Shown: positions 8,990 through 20,038, numbered from the stretch's first letter. The stretch is DNA of 64,000 nucleotides from Candidatus Sumerlaeaceae bacterium (GCA_051003195.1 JBPCLP010000008.1:64001-128000); one strand, 5' to 3'. A program made the numbers and translations. Notes: generated by a model not told the origin, from the sequence alone.

Positions 8990-11617
8990 GTGGTTTTGAA
9001 CGACATTGATCTTTCATCGCTGTTTGGTGCGCTGCCGGACGAGATATTTGTTCTGGATTGGGATGGAATCTACCAGGAGGTCTCGGCGGTATCTGCGGGG
9101 CTTTTATCAAGCCGCGGGCACGAACTCGTCGGTCATTCCGTGCAGGAACTTTTTCCTTCCGAGACAGCGGACCTTTTTCTCGGGTACATACGCAGCGCGC
9201 TCAGTTCCAAACAGGGGGTCCATGGAGAATACGTACTCCAGAGTTCCCATGGCCCGATATGGTATAGCGCTTCCATCACGCCGCTTTCGGACACCACGGT
9301 ATTGTGGGTAGCCAGAGCTATCACCGAAAGTAAACGCGCCGAGAAAATACGCGGCGTTTTCGCATGGCTTGGAGCGCAACTGGCATCTGCTGTGGATGCA
9401 CAGGAGGCCGCTCGTACTGTTCTGCAGGCGGCGGATGAAATCGTCTGCTGGGACGCAGGTTTTATCAATTTGTTGGCCGATGAGGAAAGCACCGACTCAG
9501 AGCTTTTGACTTATTCGCTCGTCAGCTTCGATAAGGTGCACGGGGAACGGATTGATGCGCTTAGAGCGGGCCAGACTTTGCCTGCTGGTCCCTATGCAAA
9601 GCAGGCTCTTGAGCAGGGCGCCCATCTTGTACAGCGAATAAGCGCGCCACGTGAGGAAGTGGTACGGTTCGGCAACCTGGAAGCGCTTTCGGCATCTCTT
9701 ATGTTCGTGCCGATCCGTCACGGAAATCGAGCTACAGGCGTGATGTCCATTCAAAGCTATACGGATGGGGCTTACGACGAACAGGATCTTCACATACTAC
9801 AAACGCTCGCGGACTTTTGCAGCGGGGCTCTCCAGCGCACCTACGCCGAACAGAGAATGCGCGACAGTGAAAAAGCACGAGTGGACAGCGAGAGACGTTT
9901 CCAGGCACTCATCGAGAATTCCACGGACGCTGTTCTGCTGATTGATGCCAACGCGTGTGTCACCTATGTCAGCCCCGCTATTGAGCGTCTGCTGGGCTTC
10001 AAGCCTGAAGAATATATGAAGTGTGCGAACTTCAGCATTTTCCACGAGGAGGATCAGCCCCGAGCCCAAACCGTTTTCCAGCACTTGCTCGAACATCCGG
10101 CGGAGCCAGTCTTTGCCACATGGCGTATGCAGCACCGCGATGGTGAGTATCGATGGCTGGAAACGACCGCTCGCAACATGTTGGGGGACACGGCCATCAA
10201 TGGGATAATATGCAGTATGCGCGACGTGACCGAGCGTCAGGCGGTGGAGCAAAAGCTGAAGCACGGCGCCTATCACGATGCGCTCACAGATCTTGCCAAT
10301 CGCGCAGCGTTTATGGAGCATTTACAAAGGGCCATCGCAAAGTCCGAACGCCGTAGCGACTATGGATTTGCCGTGCTCTTTATGGATGTGGATCGTTTCA
10401 AGGTGGTCAACGACAGCCTCGGACACATTGCGGGCGATCGCCTGCTTGTTCAAATTGCTGGCAGGTTGATCAAGTGCCTTCGCACGAGCGACATCGCCGC
10501 CCGGTTGGGTGGTGATGAATTTGCATTTTTCATCGAGGACGTTTTTCTGCCTGGCGATGCAACTCGCGTCGCGGAGCGAGTTCACCAATGCCTGGGAGAG
10601 CCTTGTACAATCGACGGAGCGGAAATTTTCACAAGCGTGAGCATCGGCATCGCATTGAGCAGTGCTGGATACGAACAGCCAGAGGACATACTGCGTGATG
10701 CAGATACGGCGATGTATCGCGCCAAAGGGCAGGGCAAGGGCCGGTACGCGATTTTCGATTCGCAGATGCACGACAAGGTCGTTGGGCAGTTCCAGATGGA
10801 GAGCGACTTGCGCCGGGCAATTGGAAGGCAGGAGCTGCTGCTCTATTATCAGCCGCTGGTGTCGCTACAGAATGGCCATGTAGTCGGGTTCGAGGCGCTG
10901 GTTCGGTGGCAGCACCCGGAACGTGGACTCGTGCCGCCATCGGAATTTATTCCGCTGGCGGAAGAAACCGATTTGATATCGGAGATCGGCTGGTGGGTAT
11001 TGCGGGAGGCATGCCAGTGGATGCGATCCTGGCAGATCGAGTCGTCAATAGGACGACGCCTCTCCATCAACGTTAACCTCTCGGCTCGTCAGTTTACACA
11101 GCCCGACCTTGTCGAGCAGATCGAGGCGATTCTGAAAGGAATCGGGCTCGACCCGCATTGCTTGAAGCTCGAAATTACGGAGACGACGATTGTCGAAAAC
11201 GGCGAAAGCGCAATTGAGATGCTGTCTCGCCTGAAGGAGCTGAACGTTCAGCTTCATGTGGACGATTTCGGTACGGGCTATTCTTCGCTGGCATACCTGC
11301 ACCGGTTTCCAATCGATGCCCTGAAGATCGACAAGACCTTTGTTCAAAGCCTTGGAAAAAGCGAAGAAGCGCTGGAGATAAGCCGCGCCATCATTGCACT
11401 TGCCCGGAACATGCGGATGGATCCGATCGCAGAGGGCATCGAGACCGCCGAACAACTGCGCATTCTGCTGGAGCTTGGATGCACGCTGGGGCAGGGCTTT
11501 TATTTCAGCAGACCGCTTCCGGCCGCCGAGGCAAAAACCCTGTTCGAGCGGGTCTTTACCTGCCTGCCTCCAACAAAAGGAAGCCTTTCGTTTGGCGGCC
11601 TCATCTTACCCAATTGA
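8990..11617 (+). CDS. PAS-GAF-PAS-GGDEF-EAL c-di-GMP cyclase/phosphodiesterase
   Basis: HDALTDLANR, RTSD (I-site) before ARLGGDEF, GFEALVRW, DDFGTGYSSL, AEGIE, QGFYFSRP. Confidence 0.96.
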   Translation: MVLNDIDLSSLFGALPDEIFVLDWDGIYQEVSAVSAGLLSSRGHELVGHSVQELFPSETADLFLGYIRSALSSKQGVHGEYVLQSSHGPIWYSASITPLSDTTVLWVARAITESKRAEKIRGVFAWLGAQLASAVDAQEAARTVLQAADEIVCWDAGFINLLADEESTDSELLTYSLVSFDKVHGERIDALRAGQTLPAGPYAKQALEQGAHLVQRISAPREEVVRFGNLEALSASLMFVPIRHGNRATGVMSIQSYTDGAYDEQDLHILQTLADFCSGALQRTYAEQRMRDSEKARVDSERRFQALIENSTDAVLLIDANACVTYVSPAIERLLGFKPEEYMKCANFSIFHEEDQPRAQTVFQHLLEHPAEPVFATWRMQHRDGEYRWLETTARNMLGDTAINGIICSMRDVTERQAVEQKLKHGAYHDALTDLANRAAFMEHLQRAIAKSERRSDYGFAVLFMDVDRFKVVNDSLGHIAGDRLLVQIAGRLIKCLRTSDIAARLGGDEFAFFIEDVFLPGDATRVAERVHQCLGEPCTIDGAEIFTSVSIGIALSSAGYEQPEDILRDADTAMYRAKGQGKGRYAIFDSQMHDKVVGQFQMESDLRRAIGRQELLLYYQPLVSLQNGHVVGFEALVRWQHPERGLVPPSEFIPLAEETDLISEIGWWVLREACQWMRSWQIESSIGRRLSINVNLSARQFTQPDLVEQIEAILKGIGLDPHCLKLEITETTIVENGESAIEMLSRLKELNVQLHVDDFGTGYSSLAYLHRFPIDALKIDKTFVQSLGKSEEALEISRAIIALARNMRMDPIAEGIETAEQLRILLELGCTLGQGFYFSRPLPAAEAKTLFERVFTCLPPTKGSLSFGGLILPN

Positions 11618-11619
11618 GA

Positions 11620-12432
11620 TTACCTGACCGGCAATAGTGGACTGTCATCGAATTCTGCCGCGATGTTTCTCCATTTCGAAGCGCCGGGGTTGCGCAGATG
11701 AAGGGCTTTTGGACGCACACCTGGAGCAATCCAGAACGGTTCCCACGACAGATCCAGTTCAAGCGATACCCGATGCATTCCAGCCGCCGTAGTCGTAGTG
11801 CTGACATCCCACGCTGTCAGGCGCCGGCGATACGGCGAGACACCCGCTGCCTGTTCCGTTTCCCAATAAATTTTTGGCGCCTGTTCAGGCACAACATTGG
11901 GCGGTGCGTCGGCCGCAATGCGCAACCTGCTTCCAAGCTGATGCGCGGAGGTGCCTTCTGGGAAAACAATGATCAGGCCGTCTGTTCCTTCGCGCGTGAT
12001 GGATGGCGGCGGAACGGGCTGTGCGGACAGGTGAGCCCTTCGCCTGGCATCTTTCCAGTTTTCATCCAGCCATTGTAACGCTCGAGTCCATGCGTCGACG
12101 TCGTCCGTGAGCCAAAGCCCCTGCTGGTAATTGTGCATCACGTTTGGAAACGCTTCGGGCGCTATGTCTTTCAAACGCCAGCGCCCCAATGCAGTTCGTA
12201 TGGCGAGCAGGGTCATCGGCTCTGCGTTCCCCTTCCGCAGGACATCCCGGATTTCCTGTTCGCTTAATTTGATCCAGCCGGGATGAAGCAGGCTGTAAAA
12301 GTTGCGCCAGGGGTCACCGGCCGATCGAACTCCGTTTTCGACCCCGAAGAAGTAATAGGCCGAAAGTGCGGTGGATGCTACAAGAGCGGTAATGCCCGCC
12401 AACGTGCGGCGACGGGGCGAGTGCAATGTCAT
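11620..12432 (-). CDS. Hypothetical membrane-anchored protein
   Basis: 270-aa ORF with N-terminal TM; 4-bp overlap with the upstream gene. Confidence 0.7.
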   Translation of the reverse strand: MTLHSPRRRTLAGITALVASTALSAYYFFGVENGVRSAGDPWRNFYSLLHPGWIKLSEQEIRDVLRKGNAEPMTLLAIRTALGRWRLKDIAPEAFPNVMHNYQQGLWLTDDVDAWTRALQWLDENWKDARRRAHLSAQPVPPPSITREGTDGLIIVFPEGTSAHQLGSRLRIAADAPPNVVPEQAPKIYWETEQAAGVSPYRRRLTAWDVSTTTTAAGMHRVSLELDLSWEPFWIAPGVRPKALHLRNPGASKWRNIAAEFDDSPLLPVR

Positions 12433-14354
12433 GGTACGAACTCGAACAAAGCGGCTTCGGGTTCAGGCTCGAGCCACAACGAACTCTCGGCGCCGCTGTC
12501 GATCCGATGCATGAGCAGCCGGAAATGTTTAGGATCCGCCATCGCTACGCGAAAGTTTTCCGATTTACGAAGCGCGTAGATATGCGTCGCCCGCGCAGCC
12601 GTCAGGTCCGCAAGCCATCGTGCCGAAGGCTCGCCAGCCTTGGAATCCGCAATACGTACGACGCCGGCACCGGTATTAGGAGCGTAGGCGAACCATGGCG
12701 CCATCTCGCCCGGAATAGCGAGCGTCGCTTTCTTTTCCGCGACATGCTCGCGCCAATAATCTAAAGTGGAATACTCGTCAGGAAATGAATCGTCACGCAA
12801 TGCGCGGCGATCACCACTCAGCAGGTTGTACGCGATGAGTTCCACAGGTCGCGTGCGATACTGAATGCTGGGAATCGTGGCATATAAATCGTATCCCATG
12901 CACGCTGCTGCAAGAGTAACCAGCGCCCGCCTCGGCAGTGTCGTAACGTAAGACAGCAGCCAGCAAAAACATAAAGCACCGAGAGCCAGTTCAAAGAGTG
13001 CAAACCTGGCGAGAATACGAGTTGGGCAGGATACGAGCATCACGGCAAAAAGTATGAGAATCAGAAGACGTTCGCGCCAGGCAACCCCGCGAACACCCAA
13101 CAGCAGGAACAGTGCAAGCGCTGGTAATCCAAGCGTGACTGAGTGCAGACCCATTCCCCCGCTCCACGATGCGAGCAACGACGGACGCCACGTGTCCATC
13201 GCCATTCGCCACCATGCGCGAACACCACTGGCCTGTGCATAGCGTTCGGTGTATTGCGTGTTAAAGTCCGGCTTGTAAGGCCCGGGGAAAATGACTTTCT
13301 GGCCTGCAGCCACTTCGATTGGATACACGGGATTGTTCAACTTCAGAAGGCCGTGCATATACCAGGGACCTGCAATCAAAGCGCACGCCGCGACAACCAG
13401 TATCAGCGCAATGCCCGTCCGACGCAGACGGTGCGAGGGCCCTCCCTGCGTACGCATTATCACAACCGTCAGGTAGGCAATACCCAGGGCGACGCTGCCT
13501 GTTAGCCCGGTTGGTTTACTCGCTGCGAGTTGAGCAAACGCCAGGCTGGTCAACAGCATGGTGCGTAGCGACGGCCCTTCGCTCCAGGTAACCAGGCATG
13601 CCCATACAACCATAAGCTGCGCCGTGAAAAACACAATATCCGCATAAGCTTCGATACTCTGCAACAGGACCTCCGGCGCCAGCATACAGAACAGAGCCCC
13701 CAGCGGAACCGTCCATCGCGGCAGGCCCGCCCTGCGGAAAATACCCAATAACAGTACGGGTATGGCCGCGAAGAATGGCCATTGCGCCAGTGCGGTGCCA
13801 TCCAGCTTTCCAGTCCAGTCGAGTATCAGGAATGGCAGCATGGCTTTCAGGTTCGCGTACACCTCGCCGGCACCAAGGTAAGGATACAGTGTTGGATCGC
13901 CAAAAGAATCCAGTTGGAAGCGGTGCGACTGCGCCCATCGCATTGGCGCGAGACTATGATAGGAAGCTGCATCCCAGATGCGAATGGGCAGAGTAGCCCC
14001 GACAAGCAGAGCAATCACAAGCACCGCGGCGACGCAACCCCACGCAGCAATCTCGCTCCGGCTCATTTGCCGAAGTGTTGTAACTGTATTTCGAAATGTT
14101 ACATCGCCCGGCGTGAAGCGTCTGCTGCAGAGAGCTGCCATGCCCACCGCCAAAGCAGCCGAGCCGACTACCGTCCATGTATTGATGAACGACGTGGTGT
14201 AGCCCAGGATGACTGGCAGGCCGTAAAACGTAGTAAACGCAGTAAGCAGCACGGTCGTCGGGTAATCCGCCCGGCGTGCCGGTTTCCAGAAACGGTCGGT
14301 CAGCACGCACGCGGCGCCAAGATGTACGAGTGCGAGTAAAGCGATCCAGAGCAT
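12429..14354 (-). CDS. Polytopic membrane protein, probable GT-C-fold glycosyltransferase
   Basis: More than 12 TM segments; WDAASYH in the first large loop, K in ASKPTG, PWY...NNPVYP. Confidence 0.65.
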   Translation of the reverse strand: MLWIALLALVHLGAACVLTDRFWKPARRADYPTTVLLTAFTTFYGLPVILGYTTSFINTWTVVGSAALAVGMAALCSRRFTPGDVTFRNTVTTLRQMSRSEIAAWGCVAAVLVIALLVGATLPIRIWDAASYHSLAPMRWAQSHRFQLDSFGDPTLYPYLGAGEVYANLKAMLPFLILDWTGKLDGTALAQWPFFAAIPVLLLGIFRRAGLPRWTVPLGALFCMLAPEVLLQSIEAYADIVFFTAQLMVVWACLVTWSEGPSLRTMLLTSLAFAQLAASKPTGLTGSVALGIAYLTVVIMRTQGGPSHRLRRTGIALILVVAACALIAGPWYMHGLLKLNNPVYPIEVAAGQKVIFPGPYKPDFNTQYTERYAQASGVRAWWRMAMDTWRPSLLASWSGGMGLHSVTLGLPALALFLLLGVRGVAWRERLLILILFAVMLVSCPTRILARFALFELALGALCFCWLLSYVTTLPRRALVTLAAACMGYDLYATIPSIQYRTRPVELIAYNLLSGDRRALRDDSFPDEYSTLDYWREHVAEKKATLAIPGEMAPWFAYAPNTGAGVVRIADSKAGEPSARWLADLTAARATHIYALRKSENFRVAMADPKHFRLLMHRIDSGAESSLWLEPEPEAALFEFVP

Positions 14355-14537
14355 CAGTATAAGCCCTCGTACGAGGCAGCCAAGCCTGCCAACCCCGAAA
14401 GCCGATCGTCATCCCTGTTCACCGCCGGTCACGACCGAATGCTCAGGTCTGAAGCTCAACATAAAACCTGTATCACGTCTGGCTGGCTGTATTTTCTGCT
14501 GGCGAAGGTGTTTCCGAGGGGCGATCAAAAACGCGTT

Positions 14538-15995
14538 ATGACAGCATCTTTAACCTACGAACCGGTGATCGGATTCGAAGTCCATGTAGAGCTTTGCACG
14601 GCATCCAAGGTCTGGTGCGGTTGTTCTACCGTCTTTGGCGCACCGCCGAACACCCAGGTCTGTCCGGTGTGCCTCGGAATGCCCGGTTCGTTGCCCGTGC
14701 TCAACCAGCAGGCTATCGAATTCGCGCTGCGCACCGCGATTGCACTGAACTGCGATATTCCTGAGCGCATGAGTTTCGACCGCAAAAACTACTATTACCC
14801 CGATCTACCTAAAAACTACCAGATATCGCAGCAGTATGCGGCGCTCGGAACGAACGGCTACATCGACATCGATGTGAATGGCGCCTTCAGGCGCATTCGA
14901 ATTAATAACGTTCATCTCGAAGAAGACGCAGGCAAGCTTCTGCACCCTGAACACTCCATCGGCGGTGATGATCATTCCCTCGTGGACCTCAACCGCGCCG
15001 GAACCCCGCTCCTGGAAATTGTATCGGAGCCTGATCTGGAGTCGCAGGATGAGGCGCTGGCATACATGCATACGCTGAAGAACCTGCTCGAGTACCTTGA
15101 AGTCAGCGACTGCAAAATGCAGGAAGGCCGTTTGCGCTTTGAAGTGAACATCAGTGTTCGCCCGTCCGGAACCAAGACGCTGGGTACCAAGGTGGAAATT
15201 AAAAACCTGAATTCCATGCGCGTCGCGTTGAAGTGCATTGAATACGAGACTCGCCGGCATAACGAGGTGCTTGGGGCAGGCGGGCGCGTTCTACAGGAGA
15301 CGCGGCTTTGGGACGAACCCACAAGCATAACGCGCACCATGCGTTCAAAGGAAGTGGCAAACGACTATCGCTATTTCCCCGATCCAGATCTTGTGGAAGT
15401 GCAGGTAACGCCGGAGTGGCGTGAACAGATCCGGGCGAATCTCCCGGAATTACAGGACGAAAAACGCAGGAGATTTATCGAGGAATATGGCCTGCCGGAA
15501 TATGATGCCCGCATTTTGACCTCAACCAAGCCGATCGCGAGCTACTACGAGCGCGCGGTGATGGCGCACAAGAATGCCAAGTCGTTGAGTAACTGGATGA
15601 TGACGGAAGTATTGCGCGAACTGAAGGAGCGCGGTCCGGATTCTGAGCCGGCCGATCTGCCACTCAATCCAGAAGACCTCGCTTCGTTGATACGGATGAT
15701 TGACGAAGGCAAAGTCACAGGGAAAATTGCAAAAGACGTCTTCGCGAGGAGTATGGCCGCGCAAGGTCGTCCGGCAGACATAGTCGAGCGCGAAGGCCTC
15801 GCGGCGGTCAGCGACCAGGGCGAGATTGAGTTACTCGTCGATGAAGTCATTGCCGAGAATGCGGATGTGGTAGCGAAAATTCGAGGCGGACAGGCCAAGG
15901 CTTTACAGGCGCTGGTTGGCCAGGTGATGAAAAAAAGCCGGGGGAAAGCAAGTCCGGCGGTTGTGAACGAGCTGTTGGCAAAAAAACTGGGGTAG
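14538..15995 (+). CDS. gatB: Asp-tRNA(Asn)/Glu-tRNA(Gln) amidotransferase subunit B
   Basis: VIGFEVHVEL, FDRKNYYYPDLPKNYQISQ, HLEEDAGK, DLNRAGTPLLEIVSEP, DYRYFPDPDL. ATG at 14538. Confidence 0.98.
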   Translation: MTASLTYEPVIGFEVHVELCTASKVWCGCSTVFGAPPNTQVCPVCLGMPGSLPVLNQQAIEFALRTAIALNCDIPERMSFDRKNYYYPDLPKNYQISQQYAALGTNGYIDIDVNGAFRRIRINNVHLEEDAGKLLHPEHSIGGDDHSLVDLNRAGTPLLEIVSEPDLESQDEALAYMHTLKNLLEYLEVSDCKMQEGRLRFEVNISVRPSGTKTLGTKVEIKNLNSMRVALKCIEYETRRHNEVLGAGGRVLQETRLWDEPTSITRTMRSKEVANDYRYFPDPDLVEVQVTPEWREQIRANLPELQDEKRRRFIEEYGLPEYDARILTSTKPIASYYERAVMAHKNAKSLSNWMMTEVLRELKERGPDSEPADLPLNPEDLASLIRMIDEGKVTGKIAKDVFARSMAAQGRPADIVEREGLAAVSDQGEIELLVDEVIAENADVVAKIRGGQAKALQALVGQVMKKSRGKASPAVVNELLAKKLG

Positions 15996-16012
15996 TGCGG
16001 TGGCCCAGGCTT

Positions 16013-17128
16013 TCAGTTCTGCCTGGCGGCTTCCTGCTTTCGACTCTCGATTTCCACCATCGTCGCGCCCGCCTGCTCCAGCAGCTTCACATGGCGCGCG
16101 CGAAATTCCTTTTCCCCATTCCGGGTATCGAAGTATAATACACCACGGCAGTCGTCTCCCTTGAGAAGGGGTACCGCGATATACCCGTTTACGCGAAGCG
16201 CGACCATGCTGGCGCTGGGGCCGACGTCTTCCACGCGATCGTCGTCCGCCATTGCGTTACTAATGGCACGCTTGCGCTTAAATGCAATCGTGGCGGCGGT
16301 CAGCGGTACAGGGTGCGCGCGCTCGTAGCCCGACCACGAAAAAGCATCACCGACCTGGTTACGAATGACCCAGCGACCGGTCTTTGAATTTTGAATCATC
16401 AGGAATCCGTAGTCGGCATCGACTGCCGCGCGGAGGCGCATAAGCATGCGTTGAAAAACAAACTCAAGTGAGGCTGGTTTCAAAAGTACCTCTTCGAGAA
16501 GCGAAGCCATCTGGCGCGAGACCCAGACAAGATCATCCGCATCTTCCGGCGGAGCCGCGTCTTCGCTTTGCGTTTTCTGCAAGGCCGGAAGCATCTTTGG
16601 CCTCGTGGGCAGTGCGGCTGGTGTTACCGGTTCCCTGTTCGGCTGCTCTGTAGCCTGGCCATTATCCTTCTTTGCGACGGCTGCGTTCGCTTTATCGCCA
16701 CCGAGGGAGTCGCGTACACGGATGGACTCGGAACGAACGATCTCGGACGCCCGCTTCCACTCCTCTTTCTCCACCGCCTCTTCTTCGAGGCAGAACAGCA
16801 ACTGGCTGTTACCGATACGGATATCGTCTCCATTGGCCAGAGGTCTCTCCTGGACAATTTTGCCATTCACACGCAGGCCGCCTTCACCGCCAACGTCGCG
16901 CACGTACCAGTTGCCGCGGCTAAAGTAAAATTCTGCGTGGCGATCGCTCGTGCCCAACTCCGGCACCTCGATCGCATTGTGTTTCCCACGGCCCGCACTT
17001 TGGACCTTCTCTTGATCCAGCGGATAAGTGCATGCCCAGTTAATTGCAGGAATGTCGACGATCAGTTTCGCGTTCAAAAAACCAACTCCCGAAAACGGAT
17101 CATTAAAATCTGCGACGCCGAGAACCAT
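16013..17128 (-). CDS. FHA domain + GAF domain protein
   Basis: AGRG...SDRHA...VRD...LRVNG...LANGDDIRIG (FHA); C-terminal IAVPL...GVLYFD (GAF). Confidence 0.85.
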   Translation of the reverse strand: MVLGVADFNDPFSGVGFLNAKLIVDIPAINWACTYPLDQEKVQSAGRGKHNAIEVPELGTSDRHAEFYFSRGNWYVRDVGGEGGLRVNGKIVQERPLANGDDIRIGNSQLLFCLEEEAVEKEEWKRASEIVRSESIRVRDSLGGDKANAAVAKKDNGQATEQPNREPVTPAALPTRPKMLPALQKTQSEDAAPPEDADDLVWVSRQMASLLEEVLLKPASLEFVFQRMLMRLRAAVDADYGFLMIQNSKTGRWVIRNQVGDAFSWSGYERAHPVPLTAATIAFKRKRAISNAMADDDRVEDVGPSASMVALRVNGYIAVPLLKGDDCRGVLYFDTRNGEKEFRARHVKLLEQAGATMVEIESRKQEAARQN

Positions 17129-17173
17129 ACGTCAAAGCCAAACATCACCCCACTGTCAGCGTTGCGAGGGTGG

Positions 17174-18403
17174 TCATATATCCTCAGCAGGTTCGGGCGG
17201 CTCCGGCAGGATCAATGTCATTGTTGAATTGGCATCGCTGGACGCTGGCATAAATGCGTGAAAGTAGATCCATGGATCTCCCGAGGGAGTAGTCAGGTGA
17301 AGTTTACCTGACCTTGGAGCAGGCACTCGTGGCATCACGATGTTTTCGTCGGTCAGCAGATTGTACCACGTGGCAATGAACTCAGGCCTGTCTTCCGCGT
17401 TGGCCGGCAGTTGCATATCGCCGTTGAAGTTGCGCAGTGGGAAGACGGCAAACATAAACCCATCGGCGATGATTGCACCAAACATGCCCCGCTGCGCTAA
17501 CTCGGGTGCCAGCCGAAACTTACCGCCGAATCGACGGGGTATACTGGACAGGCTGCGTATGTTGCGCCACGCCGCCCGGTGGTCCTTCGAACCTGTGGTT
17601 GAAAGGGCATTACCGTACTGAATGCCGGCTGCCCCCGACCCTAACCAGAACAGTTCCCGGAAAATTTGCGGGCGGTCTGTTTCGAGCAGGATCGGCATTT
17701 GCCCCAGTTTCGCGCGAAGATACGACAAGGTTGCCTGCCCGGCATACTGTGGGGGTATTGCCGCGTCATTTACCACCGCAAAATCACCGCGCCGCGCCGG
17801 CTCGAAATCGGATTCACGGCGGCAGACGTAACCAACCAGCGCTCTGGGCAGGGCCGCGTCAAAAGCTTTGAGAACAGACGCGGCTTCTGTGTTCGACGGA
17901 AGCTCCAAACTAAACATTGGCGGCGCAGCATCATTACCGAGTTTCGCCGCGAATACCTGGGCGAACATTGGCCACGAGATATCATGATTGCGTAGCTCAG
18001 TTGCCAGTGCGCTCGTCACTCTGCAGTCCGTCATTACACCATATCGCCCGGCCTCGAAAATGGAGGCGGTTAGTCGCAGCCAATACCCAGCCGGTCGCGT
18101 CGATTCCGCATCCGCGCCGGCAGGCGAAAACTCGTAGTTCGATTCGTACAGGTGTATGACCTGCCCGTCGGTCTGACGTTCTTCACCGTAAGCGAAATTG
18201 GCAGCCTGGCGCGTAACGGTCGTGTGAAACGATGCCCGGCCGCTGTTGCCCGGGGAAAATATGGCAGCTTGTGGATCGTGTGCAAACCTAAGGCGTGTCG
18301 GATCTCCCGCCGAAAGCTGCTGCGCAGAAACATGCAGCGGAAGGAACAGGCAAAGCAGCAGCAGGAGTTTCCCGCCGGGACGACGACACACGGGCCGTTT
18401 CAC
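17174..18403 (-). CDS. Hypothetical exported protein
   Basis: Signal-peptide-like N-terminus (LLLLLCLFLPLHVSA); 4-bp overlap with the methyltransferase gene. Confidence 0.65.
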   Translation of the reverse strand: MKRPVCRRPGGKLLLLLCLFLPLHVSAQQLSAGDPTRLRFAHDPQAAIFSPGNSGRASFHTTVTRQAANFAYGEERQTDGQVIHLYESNYEFSPAGADAESTRPAGYWLRLTASIFEAGRYGVMTDCRVTSALATELRNHDISWPMFAQVFAAKLGNDAAPPMFSLELPSNTEAASVLKAFDAALPRALVGYVCRRESDFEPARRGDFAVVNDAAIPPQYAGQATLSYLRAKLGQMPILLETDRPQIFRELFWLGSGAAGIQYGNALSTTGSKDHRAAWRNIRSLSSIPRRFGGKFRLAPELAQRGMFGAIIADGFMFAVFPLRNFNGDMQLPANAEDRPEFIATWYNLLTDENIVMPRVPAPRSGKLHLTTPSGDPWIYFHAFMPASSDANSTMTLILPEPPEPAEDI

Positions 18404-19146
18404 CGTTTCTTACCTATCAGTATGAGACGGGGCGATTTAATGGTCCATTTTCCGCCACTGTAATTCCCGAGCACAGACTGCACGGGTACACCTGCCGTGT
18501 TCATCATCAACTCCAATTCGTCTGGCGTAAACAGCCGCACACTTTCATGGAATTGCTTTCTTTCTCCCGCGGAAGAAACTGCAATGGTCTCCTTGTTTAC
18601 GCGTAGCGGGTTGCTGGAGATCCAGCGCCTTTCCTGGACCGTGCAACCTTTTGTAGATTGGCGGATGGACTCCGGCTTAAGTTCCATGCGCACGCGAGCT
18701 GCGTTCATGAAATCAATCACAACAAATCCTTTGCTGCGACACACGCGCGCGAGTTCGTGCAGCACGGCGGCGTTCTGCGCATCGGTGTCCAGGTAGCCGA
18801 AGCTGGAAAACAGATTGGCCACCAGCTCGAAGCTGTCGTTCTTCAGGGGCAGGTCCCGAAGATCTGCGCGCAGGTAGCACGGCGACGGGGCACCTGGCAG
18901 ATTTGACGTGGCAGCCACATCGAGCAGGTCACGGCTTAGGTCGATCCCGATGGCACGCATTTCCGCCAAGGCAAATGCACGGGCATGCCGCCCCGAGCCA
19001 CAAGGAGCATCCAGAACGCGCGAGTTTTTTTGGAGCAACGCAACCCTGATGAGCAGTTCAACTGCCAGTTTCGCCTCTGCCTCATCGCGATGTTCGTAGA
19101 GCGATAAGTATTCGGCACCAAATGCCGAGCGGAACCACTCACTCAT
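18400..19146 (-). CDS. Class I SAM-dependent methyltransferase
   Basis: VLDAPCGSGRH, GIDLS, NLFSSFGY; start at MSEWF. Confidence 0.93.
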   Translation of the reverse strand: MSEWFRSAFGAEYLSLYEHRDEAEAKLAVELLIRVALLQKNSRVLDAPCGSGRHARAFALAEMRAIGIDLSRDLLDVAATSNLPGAPSPCYLRADLRDLPLKNDSFELVANLFSSFGYLDTDAQNAAVLHELARVCRSKGFVVIDFMNAARVRMELKPESIRQSTKGCTVQERRWISSNPLRVNKETIAVSSAGERKQFHESVRLFTPDELELMMNTAGVPVQSVLGNYSGGKWTIKSPRLILIGKKR

Positions 19147-20038
19147 TCGTCGCGGCCATTTCAAAGAACGATGTCACCCGAGATGACGAACCAGCGGCGG
19201 GACTTTGTCGAGCCACCCGCAGCATTTCCGCAATGAACTCTTCGGTTGGTTCTATTGGTGCTTCAACAGCTCCACCGGCCTTCAGGAGTTGATGCGCGCG
19301 GAAGTGCTTCTCCTGCTCATGCAGTTTGGTCACCCACATCGGGCGATTTAATGCCCGTAGCTTTCGCACAGTATCAACCGTGCCACCGCGAGTTCCGGTT
19401 TCTGCGATGAACGAGCCGCGGCAGAACGCAGCCACGAGTGAATTCCGACGTAGAAAGCACCAGGGCTGCACTTTGGATCCAGGCGGAAACGGCGACGCGA
19501 TCAGCACCCGCCCACCAGGCGGAACATTAAACGAAGGAACAAACTGTTCAATGGGTGTGGGTGGAAAAACAACTGTAGCTCCTTCGGCTTTCAGCGCTGC
19601 ATCGTGTGCGCCGGCATCAACACCCGGAGCATTGCCGCTCACGACAGCAATATCACGTTTCGCAAAAGCGCTCGCATAATTACGCGCGGCGTTTCGTCCG
19701 GTGGCGGACGGTCGACGTGTCCCGATGATCGCCATCGCTTCTGTGTTAAAAAGCTCCAGTTGCCCTATTGCATACAACACCGGTGGAGTATTGTCTCCCA
19801 GTGCATCCAACAGTCGCTTTGGATAGGCAGAACAGCCCAGCGGTATGACGTGAACATCGTTATCGAGTATCCATTTGGCGAGCTGCCTGCTCTGTGCGCT
19901 GGGGGTGCTGCCCGGGTGCTGATTTGGCAACGATCCCTCCGAACCCGGTCGTTCCAGCCTGAGAAAGTCCGCAAGCCTGGTCTCCCCCAGTTGGCGATGC
20001 TGCTCGATCCAGGCAGCAAGCTGTTGTGCAGCACTCAT
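19139..20038 (-). CDS. dprA: DNA-processing protein DprA/Smf
   Basis: YPKRL...PPVLYAIG, AIIGTR, VVSGNAPGVDAGAH, FLRRNSLVA, GGT. Confidence 0.88.
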   Translation of the reverse strand: MSAAQQLAAWIEQHRQLGETRLADFLRLERPGSEGSLPNQHPGSTPSAQSRQLAKWILDNDVHVIPLGCSAYPKRLLDALGDNTPPVLYAIGQLELFNTEAMAIIGTRRPSATGRNAARNYASAFAKRDIAVVSGNAPGVDAGAHDAALKAEGATVVFPPTPIEQFVPSFNVPPGGRVLIASPFPPGSKVQPWCFLRRNSLVAAFCRGSFIAETGTRGGTVDTVRKLRALNRPMWVTKLHEQEKHFRAHQLLKAGGAVEAPIEPTEEFIAEMLRVARQSPAAGSSSRVTSFFEMAATNE

